A stretch of DNA of 64,000 nucleotides, taken from contig JAHIUS010000021.1 of NCBI GenBank assembly GCA_018816885.1, positions 39,092 to 103,091 on the forward strand. Reading direction: 5' to 3'. The translations under genes were made by a program, and so were the position numbers. Every line of letters begins with the position of its first letter. Positions within the stretch are counted from its first letter, which is position 1. Source of the stretch: Patescibacteria group bacterium. Lineage in GTDB: Bacteria > Patescibacteriota > Gracilibacteria > UBA1369 > UBA12470. A model generated the notes under the pieces. The model was not told where the DNA came from. It did not search any database and saw nothing but the letters and a program-made list of their open reading frames with translations. Shown piece after piece: positions 37,512-47,861 of this stretch.

Positions 37512-39155
37512 ATGTTCAAAGAAGATGTGCAGCAATTTGATAAGATGGGGCTAAGTCCTCAGATTCTACAAGGTCTTAATGATCTTAATTTTAAGCAACC
37601 GACTCCTATTCAAAGTCAGGCTATCCCCGCTATTTTAAACAGTTCGAATGATCTGATCGGGTTCGCTCAAACCGGAACGGGGAAGACGGCCGCTTTTGTT
37701 CTTCCCATACTTCAGCAGGTTGATCCCGGTCAGAGGAGAGTTCAGGCTATTATTCTTTGTCCTACACGCGAACTTTGTATGCAGATTACCGGTGATATTA
37801 AGCATTTCGCCAAGCATCTTCCGGGGATCAAAACTGTGGCTGTTTATGGTGGCAGTAGTGCTTTTGATCAGATTAGAAAGCTTAAGGATGGAGCTCAAAT
37901 TGTTGTTGGGACTCCGGGGCGGGTTAAGGATCTCTTGAATCGCGGGAAACTTCTTCTTGGCGAACTTGGTTGGCTTGTTTTGGATGAGGCTGATGAGATG
38001 CTTGATAAAGGGTTTAAGGAGGATCTTGAAGCTATTTTGGATGAAACTCCGAAAAAGAAGCAAACTCTGCTTTTTGCGGCTACAATGTCGCCGTGGATTA
38101 AGAAGGTTATGCAGCAGCGGATGAATAATCCCAAGGAAATCAGGGTGGCGGCTCAGAATCAAGGTGCCGATACCGTTGAGCATAAATATGTAACTGTGCA
38201 TGCTCGGGATCGTTACGCGGCACTTAGGCGGCTTCTTGATGTGAATCCCGATGTTTACGGGATTGTTTTTTGCCGAACGAGACTCGAAACCAAAGAGGTG
38301 GCGGCTAAACTTATTGAGCATAATTATTCGGCGCGGGCTATTCATGGTGATATTTCTCAAGATGAGAGGAGTGAAACCATGGCGCGGTTTAGGGAAAAGC
38401 ATATTCAGATTTTGGTTGCGACGGATGTTGCTGCTCGAGGGATCGATGTGAACGACCTTACTCATGTAATTAATTATGAACTGCCGGATAGTCTTGAAAC
38501 TTATGTTCATCGAAGCGGGCGGACGGGTCGGGCCGGGAAAACGGGGATTTCTCTTACTGTAATTAATATGAAAGAACGAGGTAAGCTCAAACGCATCGAA
38601 AGTATGATGAAAAAGAGGTTTGATGAAATAAATGTTCCGACAGGCAAGGAAATTTGCGAAGCTCAGCTCATGAGTCTCGTGAGTCGAGTGAAAAATACGG
38701 AGGTCGATTTGAAAGAGCTTGATCCTTATCTTCCGGCTATTTACGAGGAGTTAAAAAGTTTAACTTATGATCAATTGATTCATCATTTTGTGTCGGTGGA
38801 GTTTAGTAGTTTCCTCAAGCATTACTCAAACAGCAAAGACATTTCGACTCAGAGAGGTTACGGTCAAGAACGAGGAGGCCAAGGTTATAATGGGAATCAG
38901 CGTTATCGAGACCGCAAAAATATTAAACTTAGGACTTATCGGATTAATTTCGGCAAAAAAGACGGATTCAGTCCCAAATCGCTTTTTGATATGATTAATA
39001 AGAATCAAAGCTTGAAAGGTATTGAGATCGGAGGTATTGAGGTTCAGACGGACTGCACTCAGTTCGAGGCGGAGGCCGCTTATCATGGGAAGACAATTCG
39101 TTTTCTCGGCCAAGAAAAATACCGCAAACAACAGGTGAAGATCACTGCGCTTTAA
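37512..39155 (+). CDS. DEAD-box RNA helicase with DbpA-type C-terminal domain
   Basis: AQTGTGKT, PTRELC, TPGR, DEAD, ARGID, HRSGRTGRAG; ATG at 37512 preferred. Confidence 0.95.
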   Translation: MFKEDVQQFDKMGLSPQILQGLNDLNFKQPTPIQSQAIPAILNSSNDLIGFAQTGTGKTAAFVLPILQQVDPGQRRVQAIILCPTRELCMQITGDIKHFAKHLPGIKTVAVYGGSSAFDQIRKLKDGAQIVVGTPGRVKDLLNRGKLLLGELGWLVLDEADEMLDKGFKEDLEAILDETPKKKQTLLFAATMSPWIKKVMQQRMNNPKEIRVAAQNQGADTVEHKYVTVHARDRYAALRRLLDVNPDVYGIVFCRTRLETKEVAAKLIEHNYSARAIHGDISQDERSETMARFREKHIQILVATDVAARGIDVNDLTHVINYELPDSLETYVHRSGRTGRAGKTGISLTVINMKERGKLKRIESMMKKRFDEINVPTGKEICEAQLMSLVSRVKNTEVDLKELDPYLPAIYEELKSLTYDQLIHHFVSVEFSSFLKHYSNSKDISTQRGYGQERGGQGYNGNQRYRDRKNIKLRTYRINFGKKDGFSPKSLFDMINKNQSLKGIEIGGIEVQTDCTQFEAEAAYHGKTIRFLGQEKYRKQQVKITAL

Positions 39156-39174
39156 TACCAATTCGTACTCTTGG

Positions 39175-40506
39175 TTATCTTTCCAGGAATCGCAGCCTTA
39201 TTTTTGGTTCGTCTTTGATTTTTTCCAGGAATAGATCTGAGATCTGCGAGCCGAATTTGTGTCTGTTTGATAGTTTTACAAGGAATTTGGTTTTGATATG
39301 GATTCCTTGTGTTGTTATTTCCGTGAAAATTTGCGTTTTTATGGTGTCTTCGTTGATACCGAACTCTTTTGTCAGCGACGGGAGGTTCTTTTCGATTTCG
39401 TTGGAATCTTCTTCTATAATTTTACTCACACTTTCCATTAGGAGCTCTTTGGCTCTTTTTACATCGGAGCCTTTTTCAAGTAGAAAATCGAATATTACCC
39501 AAGTGAGTTGAAACATGGAGGATAAATTGTAGAGATGATCTTCGAATATTTTCTTGTTAGGGAATGAAAGTATTCTTCCGGTTGGGCCTTTTTCGCCGGT
39601 TTCTTTCAGGGTTGTGTGGATCATTTTGATGTCCAGGACGCGCCCTTTGGCTCCGTTTATTTCGATCAGGTCGTTGATTTTATATCTTTTGTTTGTTCCT
39701 ATAAAAAACCATGCCAGGACCGACAAAATAACATCTCTAACGGCAAATGCGAGACCTGTACCAACCAAAGCAAGGATTGGCAGCAGGATCAGTAATTGAG
39801 AGAAAATCAATGTCAGAATTAAAATAATAATTATTGCCGTGACTGTTCTGTTGATGATTTTTATCAGAACTTTCTGTTTTTTTGGCGCGATGACTGCTGC
39901 ATTCTTGCGTACCGCGCGCTTTGCGATTTTTCCGAATAACAGGGTGAATATTAGAAGAAGGAAGTAGACGGCTCCTTTTTTTGCGAAAGCGTAAGCTTTT
40001 TGTATCGCGATTGCTTTTGTTTTTTCCAACCCGATTTCGAGATTGTTCTTTTCGCTTTCTATTTGCGCGATTTCTCCGAGGTGGTCCGCTTCCGATTGTT
40101 CTTGCTGAAGTTCCAATGCCGATATTTCCGTATAAAGCGTTTCAATGCTTTCCAGAACTTCGGCTTGTTGGTTCTGTAAGCTTTCCAAATCTGTTGATTC
40201 ATCGGTGTTTTGGGTTTTTTCTTCTATTTCCGTGAGTAGCTCATTGAGCGCTTCGATCTCTTTTGTTTTTTGGTCGATCTCCTCCGTGAATTTATTCTCG
40301 AATTCTGTCAAAACTTTTATATCGATCTCTTTTTCCGATAATTCTTGATTGATGTCTTGGATTTCGTTCAATGTTTCCCAAAACGATTGTTCGTTCTGTG
40401 TTTCGATGGTTTCGATACCCGGTAAGCTGATAAATGCAAATGCACTCGATTGAAACGAGAAAAATATTAAGATTCCGCTAATTCCGTAAATGATTCTTTT
40501 TTTCAT
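39175..40506 (-). CDS. MscS-family mechanosensitive channel with N-terminal coiled coil
   Basis: Signal peptide, coiled coil, TM helices, GLAFAVRD, YKINDLIEING..GRV, FPN. Confidence 0.85.
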   Translation of the reverse strand: MKKRIIYGISGILIFFSFQSSAFAFISLPGIETIETQNEQSFWETLNEIQDINQELSEKEIDIKVLTEFENKFTEEIDQKTKEIEALNELLTEIEEKTQNTDESTDLESLQNQQAEVLESIETLYTEISALELQQEQSEADHLGEIAQIESEKNNLEIGLEKTKAIAIQKAYAFAKKGAVYFLLLIFTLLFGKIAKRAVRKNAAVIAPKKQKVLIKIINRTVTAIIIILILTLIFSQLLILLPILALVGTGLAFAVRDVILSVLAWFFIGTNKRYKINDLIEINGAKGRVLDIKMIHTTLKETGEKGPTGRILSFPNKKIFEDHLYNLSSMFQLTWVIFDFLLEKGSDVKRAKELLMESVSKIIEEDSNEIEKNLPSLTKEFGINEDTIKTQIFTEITTQGIHIKTKFLVKLSNRHKFGSQISDLFLEKIKDEPKIRLRFLER

Positions 40507-40615
40507 GGCAGTTGTTAGATTACTTGATTGTGACGTAATTTCAAGTCCTAAAATTTGTGTTTGACAAGATTGCAATTCGTTGTTAGAATAGGGGCTATTT
40601 TAATTTAAAACAACC

Positions 40616-41134
40616 ATGGAATCGAACGAAAGAGAAAATTGGCAAGAGTTGATGAAAGATGCTCTTTCGGAAGCCGGGTCGGGGAAAGCGATATCCGCTG
40701 AAGAGTTTTCCGATTTGGTGAGGTTTTTGGGTGATGATGAGTCTCGCCGCAGGATTGTTGCTCAGAAAAGAGTTGGATTTGGCTATGCTCATGATCCTGC
40801 TGTGCATTATTTTAATAAAGATCTTTTGCGTTTGTTCCTTCTGTTGGGCGTCAGAGGTTTCAATTACCAAGAAGGCGAATTGACTGAAGAGGTTGTGAAA
40901 TTGTGGGAGCGTTGCGAAATGGTTTACGAGCAATTGATAGGTGATATTTATCTTCTTCTTGCTGATGATGATGATGTTTGTTATTGGCCCGTAGATGGTT
41001 TGGCCAATTTTTACAATACTTTTGCCAAGGTTGCCGATGAGGTGAATCAATGGGAGTTTTTGACAGAGGAAGGTGTTGATTGGGGAAACAAGGTTAAGTC
41101 TTGGGCCGATGAGAGGTCGCGCATGGTATCTTAG
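40616..41134 (+). CDS. Hypothetical protein
   Basis: 172-aa ORF filling the gap; codon style matches + strand neighbours. Confidence 0.65.
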   Translation: MESNERENWQELMKDALSEAGSGKAISAEEFSDLVRFLGDDESRRRIVAQKRVGFGYAHDPAVHYFNKDLLRLFLLLGVRGFNYQEGELTEEVVKLWERCEMVYEQLIGDIYLLLADDDDVCYWPVDGLANFYNTFAKVADEVNQWEFLTEEGVDWGNKVKSWADERSRMVS

Positions 41135-41151
41135 ACCAATGCGAATTGGTC

Positions 41152-42099
41152 TTAGAAGAACGCCTTTCTCCATTTGCTTCTTTTTCTGTGCTCTTTTTTG
41201 TAGAAGTCCAGCATTTGAGAGGCTGTCATCTTGCCTTTTTCTGTGATTACGCTGTCGAACATTTCGAGGGGAACTCTGTCGTGCGAGAATTTGATTCTGT
41301 TATATTTGATCGGGCGATCGCAGTGAGTTTTTAGTTCTTGTTCTTTGCGGGAATGGTGGTGTTCTTTTGCTTTCCAAAAACTGCATTTTCGGGTTCCCAT
41401 CAGTAGGTAGATCGGGGCTTTGCCTTTGAATTCCGAGACGACCGCCATTGTTCCCGGGGTGCTGACGACTGAATGGAAGCTGTTTAGCGTGACGGCGCCA
41501 ATGAATACTTTGTCGACCTCTTTCTCGATGTGTGAGAGCATGTGTTCAGGTACGACTTTGAAAGGGATTTTGGATTTGTGGAGTTCCCGGATCAAGGCCA
41601 TTGTTTTTTCGTATTGTTGTTCTGCGACTATGCAGGAGAAGCGTTTTTTTCTTCTGGCGGCTTTGAGGGTATCGATTACGGTGTGGCTGTGGGTGTGAAG
41701 AAGAATTGTGTCGCCTTTTTTTATCTCTTTTTCCGTGTTTTTGTTGATTAGCTTCATGTCTTCGCGGTTTTTCTTCTTCAGCTCTTTGACTTTGCGTTTT
41801 ATGGCTTTTTTTAAATCTTCGCATTTGGCGCAGGCGTTTTTTTCGTGTTTTTTGCAGTGTTCTTCTTTTTGGATCTCGTTCCAGATATCGTGAAAATCTT
41901 CTATTAAAAGTCCTATTCGAGGTCTGGTGTTTTTAATATCTTTTACAGCATCATCGAACTGGTTGCAGAATTTCTTATCATCTTTTGTATTAAAGTCCTC
42001 TATGGTGTCCAAAAGGGCATCCAGAATCATTTCGACCATATCTCGGGTGCCGAGCTGACTTTCCATCTCGAGAATTAATTGTGAAAGGCGTTCGCGCAT
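41152..42099 (-). CDS. IF-2B (eIF2B/MtnA/R15P isomerase) family protein
   Basis: RP motif, GDTILLHTHS.TV, VDKVFIGA, PGT, D.VITEKG. Confidence 0.8.
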   Translation of the reverse strand: MRERLSQLILEMESQLGTRDMVEMILDALLDTIEDFNTKDDKKFCNQFDDAVKDIKNTRPRIGLLIEDFHDIWNEIQKEEHCKKHEKNACAKCEDLKKAIKRKVKELKKKNREDMKLINKNTEKEIKKGDTILLHTHSHTVIDTLKAARRKKRFSCIVAEQQYEKTMALIRELHKSKIPFKVVPEHMLSHIEKEVDKVFIGAVTLNSFHSVVSTPGTMAVVSEFKGKAPIYLLMGTRKCSFWKAKEHHHSRKEQELKTHCDRPIKYNRIKFSHDRVPLEMFDSVITEKGKMTASQMLDFYKKEHRKRSKWRKAFF

Positions 42100-42105
42100 G
42101 TTATT

Positions 42106-42163
42106 AGTTTAGAGTAAAGAGTACTAAGTACTAAGTGATGGAGTTTTCGCTTCGCGAAAACGG
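42106..42163 (+). repeat. Composite heptamer-array/TGGAG-hairpin element
   Basis: AGAGTAA AGAGTAC TAAGTAC TAAGTG ATGGA GTTTTCGC TTC GCGAAAAC GG. Confidence 0.8.
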
Positions 42164-42168
42164 AATTT

Positions 42169-43473
42169 TTAGACATTTGATCTATAAATTATATATATTG
42201 ATGAAAACACCAATGTTATAAGCGTGAGGGGGAATGCGGTTTTCATATAGCCAAGGAAGCTTATGTGGATGTTTTCTTTTTCTGCGAGGCTGGTTCCGAC
42301 TACATTTGCGCTGGCTCCTATAATTGTGCCGTTTCCGCCCAGACAGGCTCCGAGTGCAAGCGCCCACCATAGGAGTACCGCTTTTTCCGGCGGCATATTG
42401 ATTTGCATATCTGTAATTACCGGGATCATAACCGCTACGAACGGGATGTTGTCCAAGAACATAGAGATTATTCCCGCTGACCATAAAATTATGAGCAGCA
42501 TGTATGTGAAATCGTCTGTTGCGCTTGTTATTACGCTGCTGACTAGTTCGAGAAAGCCTGTTTCTTCCAGTGCCGTCGCCATTATAAAGAGTCCCATGAA
42601 GAATAGCAGAGTGGGCCATTCTATCTTTGTGATTGTTTCGTGGAGAGTGACGTTTTTTGTTGTTGCCATAAGCAGGATCATCGCGCCTGCAAGTGCTATT
42701 ATGCCTACCGATAGTCCCAGTTGTTTTTGGAGAATAAATCCGAGGACTGTAAGTCCAAGAATTAGTAGCGTTTTTATGATGAAAGATCTTTTGAGTGGTT
42801 TTCCGTAAAATTCAAATTTGATTTTCTTGAGGAGAATGTGAGAAAGCAAAAGTTTTTTGAAATCTTTTTTGATTGGTTTTATTTTACCCCAACTTATTAT
42901 CGTTAAAATTCCTATAACTGCTACTATTGAGGCTAAAATAGGCATCCATAGATTGACTATGAACTCGTTGAATGAAAGTTTTGCCGCGGAACCTATTAGA
43001 ATATTAGGAGGGTCTCCGACGAGGGTGAGTGCTCCACCTATATTTGAGAGCATTATTTCTCCGATGATGTAGGGTTTCGGATCGATACTCATTCCTTTTG
43101 TGAGGGCGATTGTGATTGGGACGACTATAATGATTGTCGTGACGTTGTCTAGAAATGCTGAGAAAAAAGCTGTTACCAGGAGGAATATGAGGAAAATCAG
43201 GAATGGATTGCCTTTTGTTAATTCGGCGAGTTTTGTGCTTAACCAATTGAAGATTTGGCTTTTTCTGGAAATGTCCATAATCATCATCATACCCATAAGA
43301 AGTATGATGGTTTCGAAATCGATTGAATGAAATGCCTGTTCAGGTTCCAGTATCCCCAGAATTACGAGCAGAAGGGCGCCGCTTACCGTTACAATAGCTT
43401 TGTCGAGGCGCTCGGTGATTATGAACACCAGAGCGATAAGGAAGATAGCTATTGATATGATCATTGAAGTCAT
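42169..43473 (-). CDS. ArsB/NhaD/SLC13-family ion transporter
   Basis: SAFLDNVTT, SNIGGALTLVGDPPNI, DNIPF, GGNGTIIGASANVV. Confidence 0.92.
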   Translation of the reverse strand: MTSMIISIAIFLIALVFIITERLDKAIVTVSGALLLVILGILEPEQAFHSIDFETIILLMGMMMIMDISRKSQIFNWLSTKLAELTKGNPFLIFLIFLLVTAFFSAFLDNVTTIIIVVPITIALTKGMSIDPKPYIIGEIMLSNIGGALTLVGDPPNILIGSAAKLSFNEFIVNLWMPILASIVAVIGILTIISWGKIKPIKKDFKKLLLSHILLKKIKFEFYGKPLKRSFIIKTLLILGLTVLGFILQKQLGLSVGIIALAGAMILLMATTKNVTLHETITKIEWPTLLFFMGLFIMATALEETGFLELVSSVITSATDDFTYMLLIILWSAGIISMFLDNIPFVAVMIPVITDMQINMPPEKAVLLWWALALGACLGGNGTIIGASANVVGTSLAEKENIHISFLGYMKTAFPLTLITLVFSSIYIIYRSNV

Positions 43474-43495
43474 TTAGTGGGGGTGTAGTGGGTGA

Positions 43496-43526
43496 GGAGT
43501 GCCAAGTACCAAGTCTCAAGTGAGTG
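43496..43526. repeat. Heptamer array (CAAGTAC-type)
   Basis: GGAGTGC CAAGTAC CAAGTCT CAAGTGA GT. Confidence 0.75.
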
Positions 43527-43582
43527 GTGGTGATGGCATGGGGCATGCGGGCCGCGATCATGATGTTATCCTGTCGCGGCTG

Positions 43583-45013
43583 TTATAGTTTTTCCAAAGT
43601 TTTGATTACAAGCATCAGATTGGCTCCTGTTGCGCCTTTGGGGCAGCAGTCTTTGCCTTCATCGGCCCAGCCAGTTCCGCCCATATCCAGGTGGGCCAGG
43701 GGGGTTTTTTCCAGGAATTCTTTCAGGAATGCGCCACCCATTATTGTTCCGGCGTTGACTCCTTTTGTGTAATTTAGGAGGTCGGAGATTGTGCCTTTGG
43801 TTTTTTCGCAATAGTCCTCGTAAAGGGGTAGTTCCCAGGTTGGTTCGTCAACTTCTTCTGCTGATTTGAGGATGGATTTGCGGAGTTTTTCGTCCTCTGT
43901 TGTCAGGCCTGTGATGTCGCTGCCGAGGGCTACCATTACGGCTCCTGTCAGGGTTGCGAGGGAGATTATGTGCGATGGTTTGTGTTTTTTCTCGGTGTAA
44001 GAAAGGACGTCGGCGAGGACCATTCGTCCTTCTGCGTCTGTGTTGGTTACTTCGATGGTTTTTCCGTTGTAGGCTTTCACGATGTCGCCGGGTCTTCCCG
44101 CGTCTGATCCTATCAGGTTTTCCGCGAGTCCGATTGCTCCGATGAAGTGGCCTTTTGTTTTGAGCTCGGATAGGGCTTTAAAGATCCCGAGGACTGTGCA
44201 GGCTCCGGTTTTGTCTTGCTTCATTGTTTCGATGTGGCCGGTTGGCTTTAGATTGATGCCTCCGGTGTCGAAAGTGAGTCCTTTACCTGTTATTGCTATC
44301 GGCTTTTTGCCTTTTTTCGGGGAGTTTTTGTATTCGAGTGTGACGATGTACGGTCCGTCTTTGCTTCCTTGTCCAACAGCCATTATTGCGCCCATTCCCA
44401 TTTTTTTCAGGCGGGTGCGGTCGAGGACTGCTACCTTGATTTTCGATGAGGATTTCGCAAGTTTTTGAGCCTCCTGCATCAAGGTTTTTGGACCGATTTC
44501 GTTTGAGGTTGAGTTGATTAGGTCTCTTGCAAAATAGATTGATTCTATTAGGGTTGAAAACTCAGTTGCTTCTTTTTTGAAATTCTCCGGGATTATTACG
44601 GTTTTGATTTGGTCTTTATCTTTTTTGGAAAGGTGTTTTTGGAATTTGTAGCTTTTCAAGAGAAGTGCTGTTGCGAGCCAGAGTCCGTGTTCTTTATCGG
44701 GGATTGATACGACGCAAGCTTTTGTCTTTTTTGCGGGGCAGGCGAGTGCTGATCCGGCTTTTTTGACTTTGTGTAGGTTGAGTTTTTTCTTCTCTCCGAG
44801 GCCGAGGAGTGTGATTGATGTAGTTTTTCCGTGGAGGGTTAGTGTTTTTCCTAAATCCGCATCAAAGATTTTTCTTTTGAAAGCGCTGTTTATTTCTTCT
44901 TGCTGTGATTTCGAGAGGTGTTTCTTGAGTTCTTTCGGGAGAGTTTTTGCTTTATACAAAGGCAAAACCAGCAGATCTGCTTTTGTCTGCTTGGATGATG
45001 TTTTTAGTTGCAT
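43583..45013 (-). CDS. pepA: Leucyl aminopeptidase (M17)
   Basis: GKGLTFDTGG, NTDAEGRMVLAD, ATLTGA. Confidence 0.95.
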   Translation of the reverse strand: MQLKTSSKQTKADLLVLPLYKAKTLPKELKKHLSKSQQEEINSAFKRKIFDADLGKTLTLHGKTTSITLLGLGEKKKLNLHKVKKAGSALACPAKKTKACVVSIPDKEHGLWLATALLLKSYKFQKHLSKKDKDQIKTVIIPENFKKEATEFSTLIESIYFARDLINSTSNEIGPKTLMQEAQKLAKSSSKIKVAVLDRTRLKKMGMGAIMAVGQGSKDGPYIVTLEYKNSPKKGKKPIAITGKGLTFDTGGINLKPTGHIETMKQDKTGACTVLGIFKALSELKTKGHFIGAIGLAENLIGSDAGRPGDIVKAYNGKTIEVTNTDAEGRMVLADVLSYTEKKHKPSHIISLATLTGAVMVALGSDITGLTTEDEKLRKSILKSAEEVDEPTWELPLYEDYCEKTKGTISDLLNYTKGVNAGTIMGGAFLKEFLEKTPLAHLDMGGTGWADEGKDCCPKGATGANLMLVIKTLEKL

Positions 45014-45127
45014 GACTGTTTTTTAAGTTTTACTGAATTCAAAATATACTTTCAGTAGTGTGCAGTCAACACTGCGGGCATGGGGCATAGGGTATGGAGT
45101 AGAGTTTCGCCTTTTAGATTATAGGTC

Positions 45128-45313
45128 TTAATTTTCAGTCTCTGGAGATGCTGGAGTTGTTCTTGATGATACTCTTTGTCGTGATTTGTCTATCAATTCT
45201 TGTATTTGCTCGTCTGATACTCCAAGTGCCTCTTTTAGTGGTCTTGATTGTTCTGTGAGTAATGTGGTCATGGATGCACTTAGTTCAGATCGGTCAAATC
45301 CTTTTTCTTTCAT
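45128..45313 (-). CDS. Small hypothetical protein
   Basis: 61-aa ORF co-oriented with neighbours, A-rich upstream region. Confidence 0.4.
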   Translation of the reverse strand: MKEKGFDRSELSASMTTLLTEQSRPLKEALGVSDEQIQELIDKSRQRVSSRTTPASPETEN

Positions 45314-45349
45314 TTTTTTATAGGTAGATATGTTTAGTGTGCTTGAATT

Positions 45350-46294
45350 TTAACTGCTTTTGATTTTCCACACAACTTCTTCCTCCAGCTTGCCCGGGAC
45401 TGTGAATCCGGCAGCTTTTTTGTGACCGCCGCCGCCGAATAATCCGGCTATTTGGGAAAGGTCGATTTCGTTGTCTTGGGTGCGGAATGAGCCTTTGATG
45501 TTGCCTTTTTGGTCTTCGGCGAGGAGGATGCAGAATTTGCTATCGGGGATTGAGTTTAGGTAGTCAATTACTCCTGTTAAATCTTCGGGTTTTACATTTA
45601 AATCTTCGAAGTCTTTCTCCATTACCGCAGAGACTGTTGCGCCTTTTTCGTTCAGACGAGCTCTTTTGAGTACGCGCCCCCAGAGTCTTAGTTGGTTGAC
45701 TCTGTTTGAGTGGAATTGATTTTTGACTATTTTTTTGAAATCTGCGCCTTTCGCGATCAGGTTTGAGGCGATTTTTAAGGTTAAGGAGTTTGTGTTTGAA
45801 TGCTTAAAGCTTCCTGTGTCGGTATAAAGTCCGGTTAGAAGACAGGTTGCGATGCTTGGAGTGATTTTTGCCCCTAAATATTCTATTAAAAAATACATTA
45901 TTTCAGATACGGCGGCAGCTTTTTCATCTACAAGATTAACCTGTCCGAAATGCTCGTTGGAAGGGTGGTGGTCGATATTGATAAGAGGTTTTGCTTTAAG
46001 GTCAAAGTCGAATTTCATCATATAGGAGGCTCCGCAATCCAGAGCGATTATCAGGTCGAAATCGTGCGGATTGAACTCACTTAAGAAAGTGTCCGCTCCG
46101 GGAAGGAATTGAAGGCCTATCGGTAGAGGGTCTTTTGCGAAAGAGGTGACATTCTTGTTGAGTTGAGTCAGCGCTTCTTTGAGCGCAAGGTTTGACCCCG
46201 TCGTATCGCCGTCAGGTCCTTTGTGGGAGATTATGGCGATATTGCTGGCTGTCATTATCAGGTTCCGGATTTGTTGGAATTCGAGGTCGTACAT
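45350..46294 (-). CDS. nrnA: DHH/DHHA1 phosphoesterase (NrnA-like oligoribonuclease/PAP phosphatase)
   Basis: H..PDGD, LDCG, IDHH, TDTGSF, GGGGHKKAAG. Confidence 0.9.
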   Translation of the reverse strand: MYDLEFQQIRNLIMTASNIAIISHKGPDGDTTGSNLALKEALTQLNKNVTSFAKDPLPIGLQFLPGADTFLSEFNPHDFDLIIALDCGASYMMKFDFDLKAKPLINIDHHPSNEHFGQVNLVDEKAAAVSEIMYFLIEYLGAKITPSIATCLLTGLYTDTGSFKHSNTNSLTLKIASNLIAKGADFKKIVKNQFHSNRVNQLRLWGRVLKRARLNEKGATVSAVMEKDFEDLNVKPEDLTGVIDYLNSIPDSKFCILLAEDQKGNIKGSFRTQDNEIDLSQIAGLFGGGGHKKAAGFTVPGKLEEEVVWKIKSS

Positions 46295-46417
46295 TTTTTA
46301 GGTTCTTAGCTTCTTAGGTTTTATGTAAGGGTAAACAAATATCCTTTTTATGAAGAGGGGTCAATGGCTTGGAGGCAAGTCGAGTTGACCTTACTGCTAA
46401 TGTGTTTTGCAAAGTGC

Positions 46418-46927
46418 TTATTGCAGCATATTTACGATAGTTTGTCCAAACTCTTTGGCAGAATTTGGGCCGTCTGCTGTTAAGATATTTCCATCTTTAA
46501 CTACCGATTTTTCTGTTTTTATTACGTTGTTTTTGTCAAATTCGCTTAAAGCCGGCTCGGCGGGAAATGTTGTGGCTTTTTTGCCGGTTAAAACTCCGGC
46601 TTTTGCGAGGATGTAAGGGGCTATGCAGATGGCGGCAAGTTTTTTGCCTGATTCGCTACATTTTTTCACTAGATTTATGACTTTGGGATGGTCTGCGAGG
46701 GCAGGGGCTCCCGGTCCTCCGACTATGATCAGGATGTCGTAGTCTTCATGGTTTACTTCTTGGATTGGGAGGTCGATTTGGGCTGTTCCCCCGAGTTTCC
46801 CTACTGCTGTTCCCGTTTCGGTGGAAGTTATTGTGGTTTGGATTCCTGCTTCTTCCAGAATTTGTTTTGGTTCAAAAAGTTCTTCGTCACGGAAGTCTTG
46901 TTTGGCGATTAGGAAGAGGGCATTCAT
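46418..46927 (-). CDS. DJ-1/PfpI family protein
   Basis: FRDEE, VGGPG, AAICIAP, ILTADGP. Confidence 0.93.
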   Translation of the reverse strand: MNALFLIAKQDFRDEELFEPKQILEEAGIQTTITSTETGTAVGKLGGTAQIDLPIQEVNHEDYDILIIVGGPGAPALADHPKVINLVKKCSESGKKLAAICIAPYILAKAGVLTGKKATTFPAEPALSEFDKNNVIKTEKSVVKDGNILTADGPNSAKEFGQTIVNMLQ

Positions 46928-46929
46928 GG

Positions 46930-47850
46930 TTAGGGTGTGTATATGAGCCTAGTTTTCAGGGCTTTAACTATTTTCAAACATTTTCTTGAGATGTTTTCTA
47001 TCTTTTTATGCTTTTTATCTTTTTGTGACAGTAGCCAATTTATATCTCCGGCGAAAAACAGTAACTTCAAAATATAGAATTTTTTCATAAATTTAACATC
47101 TGGATTTATTCCATAGTATTTTAGAAATGCTTTTTCTTGAGTTTGGTTGAGGTTGTATGTGTCGCAAAATAATAGAAGATCTCGTTCAAATATGTGATAT
47201 CCGGCGAAATCCCAATCAATAAGTTTTATATTTCCGTTTTTCATGATAAATATATTTTCTTTCGATGGGTCGCATTGAACGAAGTTGTATGTTTTCCTTT
47301 TGAGGATTTCATCATTTTCTCTGCAGATTTCCAATAATTCACTATAAAACAAAATAAGATTTTCCATTTGCAGCTTTCCTATGCGTTTTCGGTGTTTTTT
47401 GAATTCGGCGAAGTGTTCTTTGGACCAATGGATGATTGAATCGATCCTCTTCATATCCGGCTTTTCTGTTGTTGAGCAGGTTACCGAGTGCAATTCTTTG
47501 TACTCTTTAGCCATGGTTTTGAGAAACCAAGGAGTTATTTCTGTTTTTTTAGGGTGCTTTCCTTGAACATATTCTTCCAGCAGATATGGGTATTTGAACT
47601 TCTTACATGATTTGTCGAATTCATATATTGTTGGAGCTAAATTGTTTTCTACAATTTCTTTAATTGATAACAGGCCGAATTCTCTTTCCAGGCGCCAAGT
47701 TTCTTTGTCTCTTCTAAATTTCAATACATAAGATTTTTCTTTTGTTTGTATTAAGTAGCAATCTGAAAATCCACCTTTTCCGAGGTGGTAAACTTTTTTG
47801 ATGTTGTTTGTGATTCCCGAGTGTTTTATTTCGGTTATTATGTCATTCAT
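46930..47850 (-). CDS. Aminoglycoside-phosphotransferase/choline-kinase-like protein
   Basis: GKGGFS, YVLK, QCDPSKENI, LIDWDFAG; ATG at 47850; AT-rich. Confidence 0.8.
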   Translation of the reverse strand: MNDIITEIKHSGITNNIKKVYHLGKGGFSDCYLIQTKEKSYVLKFRRDKETWRLEREFGLLSIKEIVENNLAPTIYEFDKSCKKFKYPYLLEEYVQGKHPKKTEITPWFLKTMAKEYKELHSVTCSTTEKPDMKRIDSIIHWSKEHFAEFKKHRKRIGKLQMENLILFYSELLEICRENDEILKRKTYNFVQCDPSKENIFIMKNGNIKLIDWDFAGYHIFERDLLLFCDTYNLNQTQEKAFLKYYGINPDVKFMKKFYILKLLFFAGDINWLLSQKDKKHKKIENISRKCLKIVKALKTRLIYTP

Positions 47851-47861
47851 TTTCAACTCTG

